64,000 nucleotides of DNA from a virus, in the IMG/VR virus record IMGVR_UViG_3300023213_000167, positions 762 through 64,761 of that record; one strand, given 5' to 3'. Positions 9,563 to 16,484 of this stretch are shown piece by piece; the first letter of the stretch is position 1, and each line of letters begins with the position of its first letter. Both the position numbers and the translations under genes were made by a program. Below the pieces are notes generated by a model. It saw nothing but the letters and a program-made list of their open reading frames with translations. It did no database searches and had not been told where the DNA came from.

Positions 9563-9875
9563 TATGTTCCTCCCAGGCGTGCTTAGTCATCACCGAACCA
9601 CTGTATTTCTCCAGCATGATGTCCCGCAGCTCGTTCTGAATGTGCTCCAGCTCGTGTAGCAGCACGTACCGCTGGACCGGAAGCGGCAAGGTCTGATCTA
9701 TCACAATCATGCACTGTTGCTTTGCGTGACTGTATATGCTCAGGCCGTCGCAGTCCTCCATCAAGGCCTGTTCTGATTTCGGGATTCTCTTTACTTTCAC
9801 CCGCACACCCGGCAGGTGAATGTACTTGGGAATCGGCCAGTCTCCGTACCACGTTGCGTGTTTGGGTCGCGCCAA
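9486..9875 (-). CDS. ImmA/IrrE-like zinc metallopeptidase
   Basis: CDGLSIY...IVIDQTLPLPVQRYVLLHELEH: HExxH with the typical upstream I-x-I...R-x-x-L-x-HE context. Confidence 0.65.
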   Translation of the reverse strand: MARPKHATWYGDWPIPKYIHLPGVRVKVKRIPKSEQALMEDCDGLSIYSHAKQQCMIVIDQTLPLPVQRYVLLHELEHIQNELRDIMLEKYSGSVMTKHAWEEHNGPLPGDTVAGGVAPVGTHPTPQGG

Positions 9876-10033
9876 GTAACGTCACCACCTCAACCTTAGT
9901 ATCAAGTTCATCCACTCCGTATACCCGCCGCAGTAACCATACCCCCACCTCACGGAAGAATGCCAGGGCATCTTTCGCAGGCAGGTCCGCGGCAGCCTGG
10001 CGGCATACAGCCCACCACAGGCGCGCGTACCCG

Positions 10034-10561
10034 TCACGTGCCTCCGTTGGAGGTACTGTCTTCAGCAGCCAGCTGCTGTTGGGGGGCAGGATGACCATTT
10101 ATCAGGTACTTCGAAAGAACACTGTGTTTTAACCTATAAGCCTCATTCCCCGACAAATACCGGTCTATTACCGTGGCCAAGATGGCCGCGTCCTTCTCAT
10201 GCTCAGTCCAGCGTGAGCTGCCGCGCGGTGCCTTGGCCTTTTTCATGTGTGCCCACAGACAATATACGGGCACCTTCCGCCCCCGCCAGTACCCTATGAT
10301 AGCTCCGGCCACGTGCGCCAGAGGCAGCGCAATACGGGCAAACGTGCCCTGATATCCTACCTGTTCTACCACCACCACATCTGGGTTGACAGCTATGTAG
10401 GCATCCAGCTGATTCAGGACAAACTTGACCGCGTCGCCAATAGGAACCTTGCCCTTGCCGGGCGTAACCCAGGTGACCTTCCATATGATCTTCCCGTCCT
10501 GCAACAGCGCCACGCCCGTGTTGCGTAGACCCGGGTCAATCCCCAGGATTAGGCGGGCCAT
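10034..10561 (-). CDS. ruvC: RuvC-like Holliday junction resolvase
   Basis: ILGIDPGLRNTGVALL, VVVVEQVGY and HEKDAAILA acidic motifs. Confidence 0.8.
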   Translation of the reverse strand: MARLILGIDPGLRNTGVALLQDGKIIWKVTWVTPGKGKVPIGDAVKFVLNQLDAYIAVNPDVVVVEQVGYQGTFARIALPLAHVAGAIIGYWRGRKVPVYCLWAHMKKAKAPRGSSRWTEHEKDAAILATVIDRYLSGNEAYRLKHSVLSKYLINGHPAPQQQLAAEDSTSNGGT

Positions 10562-10820
10562 AAACGTCTCCGTTCTCCGCGCACTTACGGTCCTCGTAGG
10601 GCGCGGCCACGCGGCGGTAGAACTCCTGCTTCACGTTCTCCAACACGCCCGTGAGCTCCGCAATGGTGGCATAACAAGGATTCGTATGCCAGTGTTCCAT
10701 GATGAGCTTGGTGATGATGTAATTCAGGCGCCCGGGGCTGCGCCAGATACCATTCTGATCCAGTAACTGGTACATATCGCGGGCAATGGGGGGGCGGGCC
10801 TTCGCGGGTATGTAAGGCAT
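10536..10820 (-). CDS. Conserved phage hypothetical protein
   Basis: MPYI...GRLNYIITKL...GVLENVKQEFYRRVAAPYEDRKCAENGDVY, a motif recalled from many phages. Confidence 0.65.
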   Translation of the reverse strand: MPYIPAKARPPIARDMYQLLDQNGIWRSPGRLNYIITKLIMEHWHTNPCYATIAELTGVLENVKQEFYRRVAAPYEDRKCAENGDVYGPPNPGD

Positions 10821-10890
10821 TAATTAAATATCAACCAGCCAGCAAAGAAGAAGAACATTAGGACAAGTGCTACTATAAGCACTTCTTCCC

Positions 10891-11271
10891 TCATGACGCG
10901 GACTCCCCCCACGGATCACCAGGCAGGTTGTCGTTCTCGCCCAGCGCCTTCTTTACTTCTTCCTCCTCCGCCTTACCCATGAGGGCTGCCTCCACGGGAG
11001 TCAGGCTGGTGATTTTCTCCCGGTTCACCAATAGGTAGGTGACACCGTCCTTGGGAAAGCTGACAATCTTCTTATGCCCCCCGTCGGCCTGTATGATATA
11101 GCCCACGTAATAATAGGCGGGGCCCGCCGGGAATTCCGAAATTAGTTCCAGGTCATCCACGGCAAACACCGTAGGGTGTGCCATGAATCCTCCGCCCCTG
11201 TTCACCATCAAAATGTACTTGCCTGGGTCGGTCTCCAGAGGCGGCTCTATCATGAATACATTCTTAGCCAA
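10891..11271 (-). CDS. Hypothetical protein
   Basis: 126-aa ORF, co-directional and tightly packed. Confidence 0.55.
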   Translation of the reverse strand: MAKNVFMIEPPLETDPGKYILMVNRGGGFMAHPTVFAVDDLELISEFPAGPAYYYVGYIIQADGGHKKIVSFPKDGVTYLLVNREKITSLTPVEAALMGKAEEEEVKKALGENDNLPGDPWGESAS

Positions 11272-11503
11272 TCTTCATATCCTCCACGTCCAGCGCGGCC
11301 AGCAGGCGGCGCTTGCCCTCAGGACTTAGCGGCCATCCATGTATACGCATTCGCCACCGGTCGTTCTCTATCTTGCGCAACGAAACGTTATCAGCCACCA
11401 CGGTAAGCGGCCCCACACACAGTTCATTTTTCCCATGTTTCTGGCTCGGGGCTAGCCAATTCCATATATGCATCCAATCCTCCGCGGATACCGTAACCTT
11501 CAC

Positions 11504-11863
11504 CTACGTCTCCTTAAACCGGTCCAATACCGCGGCCGCGGGGCCGGGCAGCGGCCGGTCATCTACGATGAAACCGCCCTCCACCGCATCAGCCAGTATC
11601 GCGGCACAGGCGATGATGTGCCCCAGGTGCGGGTAGCCGCTGTCAGCCGCGTTATCCTCACGGTCCCGCAGGGCCAGTAGGTGCCGCTCCATGGCATCCA
11701 GGTAGATGGTGTACTTCACCTTCTTGTCGCGCCAGTTGTAAGGCCCATACTTGGCCGCCCCATTTTCCATGGCCTTAGCTCCGTATATCTTGCCTGCCGC
11801 GGGCAGCAGCCCCACCTGTACTTTCTTGATCCCTATCAGGTCTTTGGGATTACTCTGGTCCAC
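11504..11863 (-). CDS. dATP/dGTP diphosphohydrolase-domain protein (DUF5664-like)
   Basis: NPKDLIGIKK...GAAKYGPYNWR...DAMERHL...DSGYPHLGHIIAC. Start re-called to the GTG at 11863 because the longer track ORF overlaps the upstream gene. Confidence 0.85.
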   Translation of the reverse strand: MDQSNPKDLIGIKKVQVGLLPAAGKIYGAKAMENGAAKYGPYNWRDKKVKYTIYLDAMERHLLALRDREDNAADSGYPHLGHIIACAAILADAVEGGFIVDDRPLPGPAAAVLDRFKET

Positions 11864-12239
11864 CGTCAAGTCTTTCAAAGCAAGCTGACCAGCTAGCAAA
11901 CCTAGTTCGTGCAAGGTAGTGGTATCCGTTACGCAAAGGCCCGACGACCCATATTGGTACGCCTGCGGCCAGGGCTGCCCCCATCTCGGCATCGGATCCG
12001 CCAGTACTGCTGCGGCGGATTGTGTCCACGATAACCAGGTCTGCATTAGCTGCCTCAGCAAGGTCACGTCGTGCCTCCGCGGCCGCGTGATCGGGTATCC
12101 ACACGCGGGATGTCTTACGTTTACGGATGTTTAGCCAGGACGCCTGGACGTCATACCCATAATCCCGGCGGAGGCGGCGGGCCACCTTACGTAGCTCAAA
12201 GCGGCGCGGGAAACTACCCGCGATGTATACACGTGTCAT
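11850..12239 (-). CDS. Nucleoside 2'-deoxyribosyltransferase-like protein
   Basis: RVYIAGSF...RDLAEAANADLVIV...GGSDAEMGAALAAGVPIWVVG; start re-called to the ATG at 12239. Confidence 0.8.
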   Translation of the reverse strand: MTRVYIAGSFPRRFELRKVARRLRRDYGYDVQASWLNIRKRKTSRVWIPDHAAAEARRDLAEAANADLVIVDTIRRSSTGGSDAEMGAALAAGVPIWVVGPLRNGYHYLARTRFASWSACFERLDGGPE

Positions 12240-12379
12240 TCGAATTTCACAATCTCCCCGGGCGTGTGGGCCCGGACCTGTGAGATAAGGTGCGGGTAAA
12301 CCTGGGTCAACCCACACCGTGGGCACCACCAGCGGCAATGGTCCATCCAAAGGGCAAAGCCGTCATGGTTGCACACCAT
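12236..12379 (-). CDS. 47-aa zinc-ribbon protein, not in the ORF track
   Basis: MVCNHDGFALWMDHCRWWCPRCGLTQVYPHLISQVRAHTPGEIVKFE; ATGA overlap with the next gene. Confidence 0.55.
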   Translation of the reverse strand: MVCNHDGFALWMDHCRWWCPRCGLTQVYPHLISQVRAHTPGEIVKFE

Positions 12380-12386
12380 TTTAGGG

Positions 12387-13241
12387 TCATCCGGCATCGG
12401 GTTGTTTGCCAAGGTACTTCAAAATATAATCATGTTGGAGTTCATATTGTCCGTCGGCGACGTACTTCACGCAGGTTTGGCGCATTACCGCCCGGCCTGT
12501 GTTGATACGGCCGCTGAAGGTCACCGCAAGGTAGGAGGGAAGGAGCGGGGGATACCCCCGGTCCTCCGCGTAGCCGGTACGACTGTCGTACGCGGACCCG
12601 CATATGTACTGGTGCCGCAGCTTGGTACGCACCTTACGGTTGACATTGTCCACTTCCAGCAAGGCCGCGGGCTGCAAATCGATCGCCACGTGGCTGTGCG
12701 CCGTGAAGATGGCGTCAGCGTTTATGTACTTACCAAAGTCCTCCGCACGCTTAATCTTGGCAGCCAGCGGCGTGCCGCTGTCTATCCCATGATGGAAGAA
12801 CATATCGTAGCTAGACCGATTAATGACCACATTAGCGAAAGTGCTAATCCCAAGGTAAGGGAGACCCAGTCTAAGACACAAGTTTTGGTCGAAGCTGAGC
12901 CCAGTTTCCTTGTAAATACGATTCCCGTGATTACCGCGGACGCCAAAGAGGCCCCGGTCGCGAATAGGCTGAAGAATGTCAATCAGCGCCTCCATCTGCG
13001 CCTGCGGGCTCAAGAGCTGGCCGTACACGTCACCCTTGCTCAGCTTCGTGACGCACTCCCCGCCGTCGCCCATGTACACCCAACGCGCCCCGGGGTCTTC
13101 CTTTATACGGCCGAGATGCTCTCGTATAAACTTCATGTCACACTGCGGACTACCTAGGTGCATGCACGCCAGGGGATACAGGGTAAGTTCTGGCTGATCC
13201 CCTAGGTCCTTGGTTTGGAAGTTGAAATGAATGTAAGCCAC
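12387..13241 (-). CDS. Calcineurin-like metallophosphoesterase
   Basis: CMHLG, MGD, GNH, HHG and AHSH motifs; GTG start overlapping the upstream TAG. Confidence 0.8.
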   Translation of the reverse strand: MAYIHFNFQTKDLGDQPELTLYPLACMHLGSPQCDMKFIREHLGRIKEDPGARWVYMGDGGECVTKLSKGDVYGQLLSPQAQMEALIDILQPIRDRGLFGVRGNHGNRIYKETGLSFDQNLCLRLGLPYLGISTFANVVINRSSYDMFFHHGIDSGTPLAAKIKRAEDFGKYINADAIFTAHSHVAIDLQPAALLEVDNVNRKVRTKLRHQYICGSAYDSRTGYAEDRGYPPLLPSYLAVTFSGRINTGRAVMRQTCVKYVADGQYELQHDYILKYLGKQPDAG

Positions 13242-13639
13242 TAAGCTAAAACCTTTTCTTTCACCGCGGCCCATTCGTCAGCCGGGATTTGTGCGTACCG
13301 TTTGTTCGCACCTACGGCACCCATCCCGCGCTCCGCGCGCAACGCACGGTAGTGCGCGAACAGGCTACCTATCATGGTGAATGCCGTGTACACTGCAACG
13401 GCCGCAAGGGTCAATGGGACGCCGTAGCGGCCAGACATAATGTTTTGGAAAGCGGTGAATACGAAGATGGTTTGAAGGAACCACACCCCGTTGCTTTGCA
13501 GCGCGGCCAGGGCGTGGCGTTTCAGGGAGCCACTGTTACGCGCGCGGCTCACAAAGGTGAAGGCGTAATTCTGCCACATCAACACTACCGGCCACAGCAG
13601 CCAGAACCACGGGGAATGTGGGTCACTCAGAAAGCTCAC
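13241..13639 (-). CDS. Membrane protein
   Basis: 132 aa with about 3 hydrophobic segments. Confidence 0.6.
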   Translation of the reverse strand: MSFLSDPHSPWFWLLWPVVLMWQNYAFTFVSRARNSGSLKRHALAALQSNGVWFLQTIFVFTAFQNIMSGRYGVPLTLAAVAVYTAFTMIGSLFAHYRALRAERGMGAVGANKRYAQIPADEWAAVKEKVLA

Positions 13640-14796
13640 TAGTCCACCACCTCGTCATAACTTTCTGCGGCGACACCCACTTCCTTGAACAGCCAGCCTC
13701 CGGCGCGTATCAACGTACTGGTGTAGCCCTTATGGGGCCGGTGACGGTTCTTCACAATGTGACACTCCGAGGCGTTGTCATACGCCGGAATCAGCTGAAT
13801 GCCTACATCGGCGCTATACTCAATCTCGCCGGTCTCCTTAAACGCCCCTATGCTGGCGACGCTGTCGTAGTGGGCGCGGCCCACCTCGCTGATTAGCAGG
13901 ACGTGGTACCCCCGCTTCTTGAGGTACTCAAGGCGGTGGATCCACTTGTCGAGCCCCGTGCGGCGGTACTCCACGCTGCCCGGGAGTTTTTGGACCGAGT
14001 CGACGATGATGAGAGCAGGAGGAGTAACGGCCCCAAGATCAGAATCAAGGGTGCGGATAGAATCACGATGATACAAGTTATGGGTACGCTCAACAATTCG
14101 AGCATGATTACCCCTAAAAATCTGGGCGGTTCGGTCCATAGCCACCGCAAAGCCATTCTCAAAGTCGTACACCAATACCTTCATGCCCTGCGCGACATCC
14201 AGGGCTACCTGCCAGGCGAGCGTTGACTTTCCTGCGCCAGGCTCTCCAGCAATTGCCCAAACTCCGTAGAGACCGCCGGTTTTTGCGGTGAGGATGGGGA
14301 GGGAATTGACGGCAACTCCCCTTGGGGTTTCTGGGAGGCCTTGCGCGATGCGCGCGCTGACGGATTCGAGCGTCGCCGTGACGACGCTTTCTTGTTGGAG
14401 GAGCGAACATATGAGGCCAACGTCGAGTGTTCCTTTCTGCAACATGCCGCCTGCCTCGTTAATGAGGTCACACAACAGTTGCTTGTCACGTACCCGCTGC
14501 AGTATGTCCTTGACCGCGATGCCCGCGCCTGCGCGGGACACCTCGTCAAGGTAGCCCTTCATTAGCTCCCGGGCGGCTCCGTGGACTTCCACACAGTTGA
14601 GGTACACCGCCTTGAAGTCATACGGGGGATGGGCACCCGTCTCGTCAAGCGCCGCGAGCGTGTACAATACCAGGCGTCCGGGCTTGCTGAGTTCACTGGG
14701 ATCAACGATATCCCGGTCCGCAATCCCTTTGATAACCGCGTGGAGGAGGGCCTGTTCCAGCTCAAGACTTAGGGGGAGTCGCTTTCGGACGGCGAT
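13639..14796 (-). CDS. dnaB: DnaB-like (SF4) replicative helicase
   Basis: Walker A GEPGAGKS, Walker B LIIVDSVQ, ETGEIEYSAD and IVKNR. The frame is open 43 codons upstream of the track's TTG and encodes a DnaB-like N-terminus; start placed at ATC 14796 (uncertain). Confidence 0.85.
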   Translation of the reverse strand: MAVRKRLPLSLELEQALLHAVIKGIADRDIVDPSELSKPGRLVLYTLAALDETGAHPPYDFKAVYLNCVEVHGAARELMKGYLDEVSRAGAGIAVKDILQRVRDKQLLCDLINEAGGMLQKGTLDVGLICSLLQQESVVTATLESVSARIAQGLPETPRGVAVNSLPILTAKTGGLYGVWAIAGEPGAGKSTLAWQVALDVAQGMKVLVYDFENGFAVAMDRTAQIFRGNHARIVERTHNLYHRDSIRTLDSDLGAVTPPALIIVDSVQKLPGSVEYRRTGLDKWIHRLEYLKKRGYHVLLISEVGRAHYDSVASIGAFKETGEIEYSADVGIQLIPAYDNASECHIVKNRHRPHKGYTSTLIRAGGWLFKEVGVAAESYDEVVD

Positions 14797-15548
14797 TTCT
14801 TTTCTCCGGGCGGGCCGACGCGGCGGTCCCAGCGGGGATCTCCGTACCGGCCGGCGGGTTTACACTTGTCCCAATAGGGGCAGTTGTCATATCCACAGAT
14901 GTATTCCTGACACAGGGGCAATGTGCTTGGATCGCGCGCCGCAATGGCGTTCTTGAGCAGCTGTACATGCTCACGTACCACCGCGCGTAGGGACACCAAA
15001 TCATCTTCCGAGATCCGTAGTCTATACGCACGAAATGCGGGCGCTGTCTTGCCACTTGTGTCCCTCAGGTTCAGCAAAAGGATCCATAGCTCAGCTTCGG
15101 TCTTGTTTTTGGCTGCCATGTACAGTAGCAGCTGGGAAATATATGCGCGCAAATCGTCTGTGGTGCGGGGTTCCTTGAAAAAGCGCGCGGACTTGAATTC
15201 GGCAACTTCCCCGTCACGGTCCCAGTCCACGCTGTACCAGAAACCCATATCTTCGCTGTAGGTGCTACCGGTGTCAGTCTTACTGAGATCAACCTTACCC
15301 TCCATTGCCCCTAGGACAAAAGAGTGTAGGACCTTACCAATAAGAAACGTAGGCACCTGACGATCAGTGTAAGGGGCAGGTTCCAGGTACTTCCAGAACG
15401 CCTGTAGTGGGTTGAGCAGATCGCTGGCATGAATGCCTTCCGCACGGCTTGAGTCTTGCGACTCAAGCCATGCACGGCTTGCGTCCCTTAGGCGGGCTTC
15501 CGCCGCGGTATTGCGCGACAGACGTAGGGACGCGGGGAGAGAGATCAA
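14769..15548 (-). CDS. PD-(D/E)xK exonuclease (Cas4/RecB-like)
   Basis: HASDL...GKVLH...SVDWDRDGEVAEFKS...QLLLYM and a C-terminal Cys cluster CQEYICGYDNCPYWDKC; start re-called to TTG 15548. Confidence 0.75.
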   Translation of the reverse strand: MISLPASLRLSRNTAAEARLRDASRAWLESQDSSRAEGIHASDLLNPLQAFWKYLEPAPYTDRQVPTFLIGKVLHSFVLGAMEGKVDLSKTDTGSTYSEDMGFWYSVDWDRDGEVAEFKSARFFKEPRTTDDLRAYISQLLLYMAAKNKTEAELWILLLNLRDTSGKTAPAFRAYRLRISEDDLVSLRAVVREHVQLLKNAIAARDPSTLPLCQEYICGYDNCPYWDKCKPAGRYGDPRWDRRVGPPGEKKSPSESDSP

Positions 15549-16022
15549 CCTACGGTGCCTGTAGCTCCGGCACAGGAGTGCCATGGGTAGCCTCGGCAGG
15601 TTCGCCCCAGGCCACACGCTGGCAGGGCAGCAACTCAAACTCACCCGGCTGTATGACACCCTCCTCCAGGTACTCGACAATCTTGGCGTTTGCGTTATAC
15701 ACCAACGCGTCACATTCCGCCTTATCCGCTACAATCACGGCATCAGCGACTGCGCCAAGGTTTAGCAACACGGCAATGAACACCTCTACCAAAGGTTAGT
15801 TACCTCCTGACAAATAATTGAACACGTAAACACTAACCCAGATACCTACACCCGCGCCGAAGCCCCAAATGAGGCCGCCGGCCACGTGCGCGGCGATTGT
15901 CTTAGCTTGCGAGACGAGGTTTGCTAGCATTGTCTGTACCGGCCAGTTTCCGGATAACCCGGGTGGCCGCGGCTCCTTTCGCCTTGATTTTCACCTTGAT
16001 ACCGCTTTCGGGTTTAGACATC

Positions 16023-16358
16023 TTAGTCATCGCCGAAGATGTTGGCCGGACCGTCAGGATCATCGCCAAAGGGGTCATCCTCAATGGCCTTGGCTGAGGT
16101 CTTGGCCTTGGGCACGTAGGGGTCGCTCACGTCGGCCGATAGGCTGTAGCGCGGGCCCTTGCCTTCATCATTCTTCCACAAGAAAAACGCAATGTCCTTC
16201 TTGCCCTGCATGGCTTCCTTCAGCTTGGCCACCAGCCCGCCGAGGTCGGCGTGCTTGATGGAGCCCACCATGAGGTTGGGGCGCTTGGTACGGAAAAAGC
16301 CGGTCAGGCGGACACTGGTGGTCTCACCCTTCCGGGGGGTTGTCTTTGCGAAAGCCAT
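16023..16358 (-). CDS. ssb: Single-stranded DNA-binding protein (putative)
   Basis: 111 aa, beta-rich basic body with an acidic tail (EDDPFGDDPDGPANIFGDD), located in the replication cluster. Confidence 0.55.
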   Translation of the reverse strand: MAFAKTTPRKGETTSVRLTGFFRTKRPNLMVGSIKHADLGGLVAKLKEAMQGKKDIAFFLWKNDEGKGPRYSLSADVSDPYVPKAKTSAKAIEDDPFGDDPDGPANIFGDD

Positions 16359-16484
16359 CGGCTCTCCTTTTAGCTTTGTTTGCGCGGATTGCGCGTTCGC
16401 GGGGGGTGTAAGGTGGGCAGGTATGTCGCGCCAGGCTGAAGGCCTCCTCCCCGCAGCGCGGACATATAGGAAAAGGATCGGGGG

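Noticed and set aside
9583-10098. 171-aa ORF as a genuine long overlapping gene
   Set aside because: Only the ~55 codons filling the 9875-10034 gap look protein-like; the rest overlaps the peptidase out of frame. The start and extent could not be supported.
12296-12311. GTAAAC-CTGG-GTCAAC as an eleventh palindrome copy
   Set aside because: It has three mismatches and lies inside a coding sequence.
14769-15548. Cas4 as evidence of a CRISPR system
   Set aside because: It is a solo PD-(D/E)xK nuclease between SSB and helicase, a typical phage recombination context, with no array or other cas genes.
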